Origin: Eledone cirrhosa | Lineage: Eukaryota | Direction: 5' to 3' | Assembly (NCBI GenBank): GCA_964016885.1 | Contig: OZ024759.1 | Location: 12,028,001-12,092,000 of the forward strand | Length of the DNA: 64,000 nt | Part shown: positions 37,401 through 50,975 of the stretch, piece by piece | Numbering within the stretch: the first letter of the stretch is position 1 | Layout of the letters: each line of letters opens with the position of its first letter | Program-made: the position numbers and the translations under genes | Notes under the pieces: model-generated | The model's input: the letters and a program-made list of their open reading frames with translations, nothing else | Told to the model about the DNA's origin: nothing | Databases searched by the model: none

Positions 37401-40400
37401 GTGTAGTGTTAGGATTCACATCAAAGTGATAAGCCCACCACAGTGTAGTGTTAGGGTTCACATCAAAGTGATAAGCCCGCCACAGTGTAGTGTTAGGGTT
37501 CACATCAAAGTGATAAGCCCACCACAGTGTAGTGTTAGGATTCACATCAAAGTGATAAGCCCACCACAGTGTAGTGTTAGGGTTCACATCAAAGTGATAA
37601 GCCCACCACAGTGTAGTGTTAGGGTTCACATCAAAGTGATAAGCCCACCACAGTGTAGTGTTAGGATTCACATCAAAGTGATAAGCCCGCCACAGTGTAG
37701 TGTTAGGGTTCACATCAAAGTGATAAGCCCACCACAGTGTAGTGTTAGGGTTCACATGACAGTGATAAGCCCACCACAGTGTAGTGTTAGGATTCACATC
37801 AAAGTGATAAGCCCACCACAGTGTAGTGTTAGGGTTCACATCAAAGTGATAAGCCCACCACAGTGTAGTGTTAGGGTTCACATGACAGTGATAAGCCCGC
37901 CACAGTGTAGTGTTAGGATTCACATCAAAGTGATAAGCCCGCCACAGTGTAGTGTTAGGGTTCACATCAAAGTGATAAGCCCGCCACAGTGTAGTGTTAG
38001 GGTTCACATGACAGTGATAAGCCCGCCAGTGTAGTGTTAGGGTTCACATCAAAGTGATAAGCCCGCCACAGTGTAATGTTAGGGTTCACATGACAGTGAT
38101 AAGCCCGCCAGTGTAGTGTTAGGGTTCACATCAAAGTGATAAGCCCGCCACAGTGTAGTGTTAGGGTTCACATCAAAGTGATAAGCCCACCACAGTGTAG
38201 TGTTAGGGTTCACATCAAAGTGATAAGCCCACCACAGTGTAGTGTTAGGGTTCACATCAAAGTGATAAGCCCACCACAGTGTAGTGTTAGGGTTCACATC
38301 AAAGTGATAAGCCCGCCACAGTGTAGTGTTAGGGTTCACATCAAAGTGATAAGCCCACCACAGTGTAGTGTTAGGGTTCACATCAAAGTGATAAGCCCAC
38401 CACAGTGTAGTGTTAGGATTCACATCAAAGTGATAAGCCCGCCACAGTGTAGTGTTAGGGTTCACATGACAGTGATAAGCCCGCCACAGTGTAGTGTTAG
38501 GATTCACATCAAAGTGATAAGCCCGCCACAGTGTAGTGTTAGGGTTCACATCAAAGTGATAAGCCCGCCACAGTGTAGTGTTAGGGTTCACATGACAGTG
38601 ATAAGCCCGCCAGTGTAGTGTTAGGGTTCACACCAAAGTGATAAGCCCGCCACAGTGTAGTGTTAGGGTTCACATCAAAGTGATAAGCCCGCCACAGTGT
38701 AGTGTTAGGGTTCACATCAAAGTGATAAGCCCACCACAGTGTAGTGTTAGGGTTCACATCAAAGTGATAAGCCCGCCACAGTGTAGTGTTAGGGTTCACA
38801 TGACAGTGATAAGCCCGCCAGTGTAGTGTTAGGGTTCACATCAAAGTGATAAGCCCGCCACAGTGTAGTGTTAGGGTTCACATCAAAGTGATAAGCCCAC
38901 CACAGTGTAGTGTTAGGGTTCACATCAAAGTGATAAGCCCACCACAGTGTAGTGTTAGGGTTCACATCAAAGTGATAAGCCCACCACAGTGTAGTGTTAG
39001 GGTTCACATCAAAGTGATAAGCCCGCCACAGTGTAGTGTTAGGGTTCACATCAAAGTGATAAGCCCGCCACAGTGTAGTGTTAGGGTTCACATCAAAGTG
39101 ATAAGCCCACCACAGTGTAGTGTTAGGGTTCACATCAAAGTGATAAGCCCGCCACAGTGTAGTGTTAGGGTTCACATCAAAGTGATAAGCCCACCACAGT
39201 GTAGTGTTAGGGTTCACATCAAAGTGATAAGCCCGCCACAGTGTAGTGTTAGGGTTCACATCAAAGTGATAAGCCCGCCACAGTGTAGTGTTAGGGTTCA
39301 CATGACAGTGATAAGCCCGCCACAGTGTAGTGTTAGGGTTCACATCAAAGTGATAAGCCCGCCACAGTGTAGTGTTAGGGTTCACATCAAAGTGATAAGC
39401 CCACCACAGTGTAGTGTTAGGGTTCACATGACAGTGATAAGCCCGCCACAGTGTAGTGTTAGGGTTCACATCAAAGTGATAAGCCCACCACAGTGTTGTG
39501 TTAGGGTTCACATGACAGTGATAAGCCCGCCACAGTGTAGTGTTAGGGTTCACATGACAGTGATAAGCCTGCCACAGTGTAGTGTTAGGGTTCACATGAC
39601 AGTGATAAGCCTGCCACAGTGTAGTGTTAGGGTTCACATGACAGTGATGAGCCTGCCACAGTGTAGTGTTAGGGTTCACATGACAGTGATAAGCCTGCCA
39701 CAGTGTAGTGTTAGGGTTCACATCAAAGTGATAAGCCCGCCACAGTGTAGTGTTAGGGTTCACATGACAGTGATAAGCCCGCCACAGTGTAGTGTTAGGG
39801 TTCACATCAAAGTGATAAGCCCACCACAGTGTAGTGTTAGGGTTCACATGACAGTGATAAGCCCACCACAGTGTAGTGTTAGGGTTCACATCAAAGTGAT
39901 AAGCCCACCATAGTGTAGTGTTAGGGTTCACATCAAAGTGATAAGCCCGCCACAGTGTAGTGTTAGGGTTCACATCAAAGTGATAAGCCCGCCACAGTGT
40001 AGTGTTAGGGTTCACATCAAAGTGATAAGCCCACCATAGTGTAGTGTTAGGGTTCACATCAAAGTGATAAGCCCACCACAGTGTAGTGTTAGGGTTCACA
40101 TGACAGTGATAAGCCCACCACAGTGTAGTGTTAGGGTTCACATCAAAGTGATAAGCCCACCATAGTGTAGTGTTAGGGTTCACATCAAAGTGATAAGCCC
40201 ACCACAGTGTAGTGTTAGGGTTCACATGACAGTGATAAGCCCACCACAGTGTAGTGTTAGGGTTCACATCAAAGTGATAAGCCCACCATAGTGTAGTGTT
40301 AGGGTTCACATCAAAGTGATAAGCCCGCCACAGTGTAGTGTTAGGGTTGACATCAAAGTGATAAGCCCACCACAGTGTAGTGTTAGGGTTCACATGACAG

Positions 40401-43400
40401 TGATAAGCCCACCACAGTGTAGTGTTAGGATTCACATCAAAGTGATAAGCCCACCATAGTGTAGTGTTAGGGTTCACATCAAAGTGATAAGCCCGCCACA
40501 GTGTAGTGTTATGGTTCACATCAAAGTGATAAGCCCGCCACAGTGTAGTGTTAGGATTCACATCAAAGTGATAAGCCCACCATAGTGTAGTGTTAGGGTT
40601 CACATCAAAGTGATAAGCCCACCACAGTGTAGTGTTAGGATTCACATCAAAGTGATAAGCCCACCATAGTGTAGTGTTAGGGTTCACATCAAAGTGATAA
40701 GCCCACCACAGTGTAGTGTTAGGGTTCACATCAAAGTGATAAGCCCGCCACAGTGTAGTGTTAGGGTTGACATCAAAGTGATAAGCCCGCCACAGTGTAG
40801 TGTTAGGGTTGACATCAAAGTGATAAGCCCGCCACAGTGTAGTGTTAGGGTTCACATCAAAGTGATAAGCCCACCATAGTGTAGTGTTAGGGTTCACATC
40901 AAAGTGATAAGCCCGCCACAGTGTAGTGTTAGGGTTCACATCAAAGTGATAAGCCCGCCACAGTGTAGTGTTAGGGTTCACATCAAAGTGATAAGCCCGC
41001 CACAGTGTAGTGTTAGGGTTCACATCAAAGTGATAAGCCCGCCACAGTGTAGTGTTAGGGTTGACATCAAAGTGATAAGCCCACCACAGTGTAGTGTTAG
41101 GGTTCACATCAAAGTGATAAGCCCGCCACAGTGTAGTGTTAGGGTTCACATGACAGTGATAAGCCCGCCACAGTGTAGTGTTAGGGTTCACATCAAAGTG
41201 ATAAGCCCGCCACAGTGTAGTGTTAGGGTTCACATGACAGTGATAAGCCTGCCACAGTGTAGTGTTAGGGTTCACATGACAGTGATAAGCCCGCCACAGT
41301 GTAGTGTTAGGGTTCACATCAAAGTGATAAGCCCACCACAGTGTTGTGTTAGGGTTCACATGACAGTGATAAGCCCGCCACAGTGTAGTGTTAGGGTTCA
41401 CATGACAGTGATAAGCCTGCCACAGTGTAGTGTTAGGGTTCACATGACAGTGATAAGCCTGCCACAGTGTAGTGTTAGGGTTCACATGACAGTGATGAGC
41501 CTGCCACAGTGTAGTGTTAGGGTTCACATGACAGTGATAAGCCTGCCACAGTGTAGTGTTAGGGTTCACATCAAAGTGATAAGCCTGCCACAGTGTAGTG
41601 TTAGGGTTCACATGACAGTGATAAGCCCGCCACAGTGTAGTGTTAGGGTTCACATCAAAGTGATAAGCCCACCACAGTGTAGTGTTAGGGTTCACATGAC
41701 AGTGATAAGCCCACCACAGTGTAGTGTTAGGGTTCACATCAAAGTGATAAGCCCACCATAGTGTAGTGTTAGGGTTCACATCAAAGTGATAAGCCCGCCA
41801 CAGTGTAGTGTTAGGGTTCACATCAAAGTGATAAGCCCGCCACAGTGTAGTGTTAGGGTTCACATCAAAGTGATAAGCCCACCATAGTGTAGTGTTAGGG
41901 TTCACATCAAAGTGATAAGCCCACCACAGTGTAGTGTTAGGGTTCACATGACAGTGATAAGCCCACCACAGTGTAGTGTTAGGGTTCACATCAAAGTGAT
42001 AAGCCCACCATAGTGTAGTGTTAGGGTTCACATCAAAGTGATAAGCCCACCACAGTGTAGTGTTAGGGTTCACATGACAGTGATAAGCCCACCACAGTGT
42101 AGTGTTAGGGTTCACATCAAAGTGATAAGCCCACCATAGTGTAGTGTTAGGGTTCACATCAAAGTGATAAGCCCGCCACAGTGTAGTGTTAGGGTTGACA
42201 TCAAAGTGATAAGCCCACCACAGTGTAGTGTTAGGATTCACATGACAGTGATAAGCCCACCACAGTGTAGTGTTAGGGTTCACATCAAAGTGATAAGCCC
42301 ACCATAGTGTAGTGTTAGGGTTGACATCAAAGTGATAAGCCCACCACAGTGTAGTGTTAGGGTTCACATGACAGTGATAAGCCCACCATAGTGTAGTGTT
42401 AGGATTCACATCAAAGTGATAAGCCCACCATAGTGTAGTGTTAGGGTTCACATCAAAGTGATAAGCCCGCCACAGTGTAGTGTTAGGGTTCACATCAAAG
42501 TGATAAGCCCGCCACAGTGTAGTGTTAGGATTCACATCAAAGTGATAAGCCCACCATAGTGTAGTGTTAGGGTTCACATCAAAGTGATAAGCCCACCACA
42601 GTGTAGTGTTAGGATTCACATCAAAGTGATAAGCCCACCATAGTGTAGTGTTAGGGTTCACATCAAAGTGATAAGCCCACCACAGTGTAGTGTTAGGGTT
42701 CACATCAAAGTGATAAGCCCGCCACAGTGTAGTGTTAGGGTTGACATCAAAGTGATAAGCCCGCCACAGTGTAGTGTTAGGGTTGACATCAAAGTGATAA
42801 GCCCGCCACAGTGTAGTGTTAGGGTTCACATCAAAGTGATAAGCCCACCATAGTGTAGTGTTAGGGTTCACATCAAAGTGATAAGCCCGCCACAGTGTAG
42901 TGTTAGGGTTCACATCAAAGTGATAAGCCCGCCACAGTGTAGTGTTAGGGTTCACATCAAAGTGATAAGCCCGCCACAGTGTAGTGTTAGGGTTCACATC
43001 AAAGTGATAAGCCCGCCACAGTGTAGTGTTAGGGTTGACATCAAAGTGATAAGCCCACCACAGTGTAGTGTTAGGGTTCACATCAAAGTGATAAGCCCGC
43101 CACAGTGTAGTGTTAGGGTTCACATCAAAGTGATAAGCCCGCCACAGTGTAGTGTTAGGGTTCACATCAAAGTGATAAGCCCGCCACAGTGTAGTGTTAG
43201 GGTTCACATCAAAGTGATAAGCCCGCCACAGTGTAGTGTTAGGGTTCACATCAAAGTGATAAGCCCGCCACAGTGTAGTGTTAGGGTTGACATCAAAGTG
43301 ATAAGCCCACCACAGTGTAGTGTTAGGGTTCACATCAAAGTGATAAGCCCGCCACAGTGTAGTGTTAGGGTTCACATCAAAGTGATAAGCCCGCCACAGT

Positions 43401-43501
43401 GTAGTGTTAGGGTTCACATCAAAGTGATAAGCCCGCCACAGTGTAGTGTTAGGGTTCACATGACAGTGATAAGCCTGCCACAGTGTAGTGTTAGGGTTCA
43501 C
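34437..43501. repeat. 42-bp satellite, about 215 units, one TTAGGG per unit
   Basis: Unit gggttcacatcaaagtgataagcccaccacagtgtagtgtta, with atcaaa/atgaca and acc/gcc variants. Confidence 0.98.
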
Positions 43502-43884
43502 CGTAGGTGTTGCGTCGGCTTTTTATCTCCTAATTCTTCCGCTATAAGGAGCTGGTGTAGGTGGTTTTGTTGCGACTCTGACGTCCTCCTGATTAGATTT
43601 ACTTTGAATGTGTCGTATAACACAGAGCCAGGTGGTACCAATACCAGGTGACAGACAACATTCATGATCTCTGGAGACAACGAACCAATGACGTGAGTTA
43701 GACGAGCTGCCTTACTAACAATCCAGTTCGATGCCAACTGATCTTCAATATGTGTGAACCATAGGACTGGGTTGTGTACCCAGAATGGTGGTATTTTTGA
43801 TGTAATCGCTGCTTGAACTGCCATATCTGTAGTGGACGAGTTGTCGTCCATTAGAGACATTGATGGTGTTGTGATGTTCTGCAA
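43498..43884 (-). pseudogene. Ty3/Gypsy gag N-terminal fragment, copy 1
   Basis: KIPPFWVHNPVLWF..IEDQ...PP..LYD.FK.NLI.R.SESQQ..L.QLL..EELGDKKPTQ.LR is the typical PPFW/EELGDRKP gag pattern; it is cut off by the satellite. Confidence 0.85.
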
Positions 43885-44053
43885 TGAAGCGAAGACTGTG
43901 ATTCGTAAGCGTCAACAGTTGAAGTAAAACAATGACAAGAGCATAAATTTGTTCAATTAGACAGAATTAGTTGTTTTAGAATCTACCGACTTTTAATAAA
44001 TAGATGTCAAGCACTCAACAGTATATGTTTGTCTGGAGTTTTGTTATAATAAT

Positions 44054-44242
44054 TGTTTCTACATTTGACACAAGGCCAGCAATTATTCCAGTGTATTACT
44101 GGTACTTTATTTTATCGACCCCCGTAAGGATGAAAGGCAAAGTTAACCTCGGCGGGATTTGAACTCAGACCATAAAGGGCCGTAACTCTTTGCTGTAAAG
44201 CATAGCGTCAGACCCTCTACCGATACTGCCAATCCACCGACC
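44054..44242 (-). mobile_element. tRNA-derived SINE with 18-bp TSD (also in blocks 2 and 3)
   Basis: Reverse complement of the SINE at 61801; flanked by gagttttgttataataat at 44036-44053 and 44243-44260. Confidence 0.88.
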
Positions 44243-44346
44243 GAGTTTTGTTATAATAATAATAAATAAAAAAGACAGTTACTTTAGTCCACCCCTATTA
44301 ATATACAGGGTGGGGCATAAAAACTGTTACAAAATAAAATGCAAAT

Positions 44347-45362
44347 CATCATCATCATCACTTTTTTACGTCCGTTCTTCCACGCTAGCATGGGTTAGAC
44401 GGGTTGTCCTGTTGTGGGCAGTGTCTGGTCGGCTGACCATGCCTTGCTCATACGGGAACTGATTCTGGCTTGATTTCTACAGCTGGATGCCCTTCCTAAC
44501 ACCAACCTCATTTACAGTAAGTGCTGGGTGCTTTTTTTCCATGGCACCTCCACGTCCACTTTACAGTGTGGGCTGGGTGCTTTTTTGCCGTGGCACCTCC
44601 ACGACCACTTTGCAGTGGGAGGGTGTGGGGGCATATTGTCTATATGTTTCAGCTTCGGCTTGTACCCGTGGGGGGTGGGGTATTCTGTATTACTGCGTGA
44701 CGCCAGAGGTCATGGTCATATGTTATCACCTTTGAGAGGTGTAATTGAGTAAAGTCGGCTTTTATCACCTCATCCCAGGTCTTCTTGGGTCTCCCCACTC
44801 CGCGGTTTCCATCGACTTCTAGTGCTCTACACCTTTTTATGCAGCTGTCATCCTTCATACGTATCACATGTCCATACCAACGCAACCGCCTCTCCTGCAC
44901 ACAGCATTTGATTCCTCTTATGCTCAGTCTCTCTCTCAAATCATTTATGCTTTGCCGTTCGCGTATATTACTATTACACATCCATCAGAGCATGCAGGCT
45001 TCATTTCTTTCTAATCTACGCAAGTCTTCCACCTTCAGTGCCCAGGTCTCACTACCATGTAACATTAGTGTTCATATACACGCATCATACAGTCTGCCTT
45101 TCATTTTGAGGGAAAAGCCTTTTGCAGCTAGCAGTGTCAGAAGCTCCCTGAACTTCTTCCATCCCGTTCTTACCCTAGTTATTGTACTTTCTGAACACCC
45201 ACCTCCACTGCTAATTCGGTCACCTAGGTAGCAGAAGCTATCTACTGTTTCTACAGAGCCCTCCCAGAGATTGGTGGTACTTGTTTCCTGTGGCTGTTTG
45301 TTGCTTGCTGTCCCAGCACAGCTGCTACATGTGAAGCCTACATTCTTAGTTAAGCTTCCTGA
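44347..45362 (-). pseudogene. 5'-truncated RTE-like LINE 3' end, copy 1
   Basis: FCYLGDRISSGGGC...GWKKFREL, LYDAC, RRLRWYGHV.R and GRPKKTW; 3' UTR and (GAT)n tail at the left. Confidence 0.88.
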
Positions 45363-45462
45363 GATCTTGAAATAGTTCTTGAAAAAAAACATTTATTTCA
45401 AGATCTGACTTGATCTGACAACAAACAGGAAGTAATATACTATTAAACAACTGCACAAAAAT

Positions 45463-45680
45463 TTATTCGAAATGCTTTCCTCTAGCTCTCATTACTGCTT
45501 GAAGTCTTCTAGGAAAGTCTTTGATGGCTGCACGAACAGTTTCCATGGGTATTTTCTCCCATACTTTATTCAGTTTTGATTTTAGAGTTTCAATATTTTG
45601 GCTCGGAGTAGAGCAGGCTTCATTCTCAAGAATTGACCGTAAAGAAAAATCGAGAGAGTTGAGATCTGGCGATGTGGGAG
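45463..45680 (-). pseudogene. maT transposase C-terminal fragment fused to satellite, copy 1
   Basis: PTSPDLNSLDFSLRSILE...ARGKHFE, nearly identical to the end of 52958-53674. Confidence 0.9.
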
Positions 45681-47052
45681 CCCGCCACAGTGTAGTGTTA
45701 GGGTTCACAGCAAAGTGATAAGCCCGCCACAGTGTAGTGTTAGGGTTCACAGCAAAGTGATAAGCCCGCCACAGTGTAGTGTTAGGGTTCACATCAAAGT
45801 GATAAGCCCACCACAGTGTAGTGTTAGGGTTCACAGCAAAGTGATAAACCCGCCACAGTGTAGTGTTAGGGTTCACATCAAAGTGATAAGCCCGCCACAG
45901 TGTAGTGTTAGGGTTCACATCAAAGTGATAAGCCCGCCACAGTGTAGTGTTAGGGTTCACATCAAAGTGATAAGCCCGCCATAGTGTAGTGTTAGGGTTC
46001 ACATCAAAGTGATAAGCCCGCCATAGTGTAGTGTTAGGGTTCACATCAAAGTGATAAGCCCGCCATAGTGTAGTGTTAGGGTTCACATCAAAGTGATAAG
46101 CCCACCATAGTGTAGTGTTAGGGTTCACATCAAAGTGATAAGCCCACCATAGTGTAGTGTTAGGGTTCACATCAAAGTGATAAGCCCGCCACAGTGTAGT
46201 GTTAGGGTTCACATCAAAGTGATAAGCCCACCACAGTGTAGTGTTAGGGTTCACATCAAAGTGATAAGCCCACCACAGTGTAGTGTTAGGGTTCACATCA
46301 AAGTGATAAGCCCACCACAGTGTAGTGTTAGGGTTCACATCAAAGTGGTTAACCTGCCACAGTGTAGTGTTAGGGTTCACATCAAAGTGATAAGCCTGCC
46401 ACAGTGTAGTGTTAGGGTTCACATGACAGTGATTAGCCCGCCACAGTGTAGTGTTAGGGTTCACATCAAAGTGATAAGCCCGCCACAGTGTAGTGTTAGG
46501 GTTCACATGACAGTGATTAGCCCGCCACAGTGTAGTGTTAGGGTTCACATCAAAGTGGTTAGCCCGCCACAGTGTAGTGTTAGGGTTCACATCAAAGTGA
46601 TAAGCCCGCCACAGTGTAGTGTTAGGGTTCACATCAAAGTGGTTAGCCCGCCACAGTGTAGTGTTAGGGTTCACATCAAAGTGGTTAGCCCGCCACAGTG
46701 TAGTGTTAGGGTTCACATCAAAGTGGTTAGCCCGCCACAGTGTAGTGTTAGGGTTCACATCAAAGTGGTTAGCCCGCCACAGTGTAGTGTTAGGGTTCAC
46801 ATCAAAGTGATAAGCCCGCCACAGTGTAGTGTTAGGGTTCACATCAAAGTGATAAGCCCACCACAAAGTAGTGTTAGGGTTCACATGACAGTGATAAGCC
46901 CACCACAGTGTAGTGTTAGGGTTCACATCAAAGTGATAAGCCCGCCACAGTGTAGTGTTAGGGTTCACATCAAAGTGATAAGCCCGCCACAGTGTAGTGT
47001 TAGGGTTCACATGACAGTGATAAGCCTGCCACAGTGTAGTGTTAGGGTTCAC
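45679..47052. repeat. 42-bp satellite block 2
   Basis: Same unit, with additional variants agcaaa and gtggttag. Confidence 0.97.
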
Positions 47053-49225
47053 CGTAGGTGTTGCGTCGGCTTTTTATCTCCTAATTCTTCCGCTATAAGG
47101 AGCTGGTGTAGGTGGTTTTGTTGCGACTCTGACGTCCTCCTGATTAGATTTACTTTGAATGTGTCGTATAACACAGAGCCAGGTGGTGCCAATACCAGGT
47201 GACAGACAACATTCATGATCTCTGGAGACAACGAACCAATGACGTGAGTTAGACGAGCTGCCTTACTAACAATCCAGTTCGATGCCAACTGATCTTCAAT
47301 ATGTGTGAACCATAGGACTGGGTTGTGTACCCAGAATGGTGGTATTTTTGATGTAATCGCTGCTTGAACTGCCATATCTGTAGTGGACGAGTTGTCGTCC
47401 ATTAGAGACATTGATGGTGTTGTGATGTTCTGCAATGAAGCGAAGACTGTGATTCGTAAGCGTCAACAGTTGAAGTAAAACAATGACAAGAGCATAAATT
47501 TGTTCAATTAGACAGAATTAGTTGTTTTAGAATCAACCGACTTTTAATAAATAGATGTCAAGCACTCAACAGTATATGTTTGTCTGGAGTTTTGTTATAA
47601 TAATTGTTTCTACATTTGACACAAGGCCAGCAATTATTCCAGTGTATTACTGGTACTTTATTTTATCGACCCCCGTAAGGATGAAAGGCAAAGTTAACCT
47701 CGGCGGGATTTGAACTCAGACCATAAAGGGCCGTAACTCTTTGCTGTAAAGCATAGCGTCAGACCCTCTACCGATACTGCCAATCCACCGACCGAGTTTT
47801 GTTATAATAATAATAAATAAAAAAGACTTTAGTCCACCCCTATTAATATACAGGGTGGGGCATAAAAACTGTTACAAAATAAAATGCAAATCATCATCAT
47901 CATCACTTTTTTACGTCCGTTCTTCCACGCTAGCATGGGTTAGACGGGTTGTCCTGTTGTGGGCAGTGTCTGGTCGGCTGACCATGCCTTGCTCATACGG
48001 GAACTGATTCTGGCTTGATTTCTACAGCTGGATGCCCTTCCTAACACCAACCTCATTTACAGTAAGTGCTGGGTGCTTTTTTTCCATGGCACCTCCACGT
48101 CCACTTTACAGTGTGGGCTGGGTGCTTTTTTGCCGTGGCACCTCCACGACCACTTTGCAGTGGGAGGGTGTGGGGGCATATTGTCTATATGTTTCAGCTT
48201 CGGCTTGTACCCGTGGGGGGTGGGGTATTCTGTATTACTGCGTGACGCCAGAGGTCATGGTCATATGTTATCACCTTTGAGAGGTGTAATTGAGTAAAGT
48301 CGGCTTTTATCACCTCATCCCAGGTCTTCTTGGGTCTCCCCACTCCGCGGTTTCCATCGACTTCTAGTGCTCTACACCTTTTTATGCAGCTGTCATCCTT
48401 CATACGTATCACATGTCCATACCAACGCAACCGCCTCTCCTGCACACAGCATTTGATTCCTCTTATGCTCAGTCTCTCTCTCAAATCATTTATGCTTTGC
48501 CGTTCGCGTATATTACTATTACACATCCATCAGAGCATGCAGGCTTCATTTCTTTCTAATCTACACAAGTCTTCCACCTTCAGTGCCCAGGTCTCACTAC
48601 CATGTAACATTAGTGTTCATATACACGCATCATACAGTCTGCCTTTCATTTTGAGGGAAAAGCCTTTTGCAGCTAGCAGTGTCAGAAGCTCCCTGAACTT
48701 CTTCCATCCCGTTCTTACCCTAGTTATTGTACTTTCTGAACACCCACCTCCACTGCTAATTCGGTCACCTAGGTAGCAGAAGCTATCTACTGTTTCTACA
48801 GAGCCCTCCCAGAGATTGGTGGTACTTGTTTCCTGTGGCTGTTTGTTGCTTGCTGTCCCAGCACAGCTGCTACATGTGAAGCCTACATTCTTAGTTAAGC
48901 TTCCTGAGATCTTGAAATAGTTCTTGAAAAAAAACATTTATTTCAAGATCTGACTTGATCTGACAACAAACAGGAAGTAATATACTATTAAACAACTGCA
49001 CAAAAATTTATTCGAAATGCTTTCCTCTAGCTCTCATTACTGCTTGAAGTCTTCTAGGAAAGTCTTTGATGGCTGCACGAACAGTTTCCATGGGTATTTT
49101 CTCCCATACTTTATTCAGTTTTGATTTTAGAGTTTCAATATTTTGGCTCGGAGTAGAGCAGGCTTCATTCTCAAGAATTGACCGTAAAGAAAAATCGAGA
49201 GAGTTGAGATCTGGCGATGTGGGAG
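47052..49225. repeat. Segmental triplication block 2 (gag 47049-47435, SINE, TIR, RTE fragment about 47890-48907, transposase end 49008-49225)
   Basis: Near-identical to block 1; the ORF track repeats the same peptides. Confidence 0.96.
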
Positions 49226-50975
49226 CCCGCCACAGTGTAGTGTTAGGGTTCACAGCAAAGTGATAAGCCCGCCACAGTGTAGTGTTAGGGTTCACAGCAA
49301 AGTGATAAGCCCGCCACAGTGTAGTGTTAGGGTTCACATCAAAGTGATAAGCCCACCACAGTGTAGTGTTAGGGTTCACATCAAAGTGATAAGCCCACCA
49401 CAGTGTAGTGTTAGGGTTCACAGCAAAGTGATAAGCCCGCCACAGTGTAGTGTTAGGGTTCACAGCAAAGTGATAAGCCCGCCACAGTGTAGTGTTAGGG
49501 TTCACATCAAAGTGATAAGCCCACCACAGTGTAGTGTTAGGGTTCACATCAAAGTGATAAGCCCACCACAGTGTAGTGTTAGGGTTCACAGCAAAGTGAT
49601 AAACCCGCCACAGTGTAGTGTTAGGGTTCACATCAAAGTGATAAGCCCGCCACAGTGTAGTGTTAGGGTTCACATCAAAGTGATAAGCCCGCCACAGTGT
49701 AGTGTTAGGGTTCACATCAAAGTGATAAGCCCGCCACAGTGTAGTGTTAGGGTTCACATCAAAGTGATAAGCCCACCACAGTGTAGTGTTAGGGTTCACA
49801 TCAAAGTGATAAGCCCACCACAGTGTAGTGTTAGGGTTCACATCAAAGTGATAAGCCCACCACAGTGTAGTGTTAGGGTTCACATCAAAGTGATAAGCCC
49901 GCCATAGTGTAGTGTTAGGGTTCACATCAAAGTGATAAGCCCGCCATAGTGTAGTGTTAGGGTTCACATCAAAGTGATAAGCCCGCCATAGTGTAGTGTT
50001 AGGGTTCACATCAAAGTGATAAGCCCACCATAGTGTAGTGTTAGGGTTCACATCAAAGTGATAAGCCCACCATAGTGTAGTGTTAGGGTTCACATCAAAG
50101 TGATAAGCCCGCCACAGTGTAGTGTTAGGGTTCACATCAAAGTGATAAGCCCACCACAGTGTAGTGTTAGGGTTCACATCAAAGTGATAAGCCCACCACA
50201 GTGTAGTGTTAGGGTTCACATCAAAGTGATAAGCCCACCACAGTGTAGTGTTAGGGTTCACATCAAAGTGGTTAACCTGCCACAGTGTAGTGTTAGGGTT
50301 CACATCAAAGTGATAAGCCTGCCACAGTGTAGTGTTAGGGTTCACATGACAGTGATTAGCCCGCCACAGTGTAGTGTTAGGGTTCACATCAAAGTGATAA
50401 GCCCGCCACAGTGTAGTGTTAGGGTTCACATGACAGTGATTAGCCCGCCACAGTGTAGTGTTAGGGTTCACATCAAAGTGGTTAGCCCGCCACAGTGTAG
50501 TGTTAGGGTTCACATCAAAGTGATAAGCCCGCCACAGTGTAGTGTTAGGGTTCACATCAAAGTGGTTAGCCCGCCACAGTGTAGTGTTAGGGTTCACATC
50601 AAAGTGGTTAGCCCGCCACAGTGTAGTGTTAGGGTTCACATCAAAGTGGTTAGCCCGCCACAGTGTAGTGTTAGGGTTCACATCAAAGTGGTTAGCCCGC
50701 CACAGTGTAGTGTTAGGGTTCACATCAAAGTGATAAGCCCGCCACAGTGTAGTGTTAGGGTTCACATCAAAGTGATAAGCCCACCACAAAGTAGTGTTAG
50801 GGTTCACATGACAGTGATAAGCCCACCACAGTGTAGTGTTAGGGTTCACATCAAAGTGATAAGCCCGCCACAGTGTAGTGTTAGGGTTCACATCAAAGTG
50901 ATAAGCCCACCACAGTGTAGTGCTAGGGTTCACATCAAAGTGATAAGCCCGCCACAGTGTAGTGTTAGGGTTCAC
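49224..50975. repeat. 42-bp satellite block 3
   Basis: Same variant order as block 2 but 378 bp (9 units) longer. Confidence 0.97.

Larger units (their letters stand above)
43501..45680. repeat. Segmental triplication block 1 (gag, SINE, maT TIR, RTE 3' fragment, transposase 3' end)
   Basis: Near-identical to 47052-49225 and 50975-53175. Confidence 0.96.
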
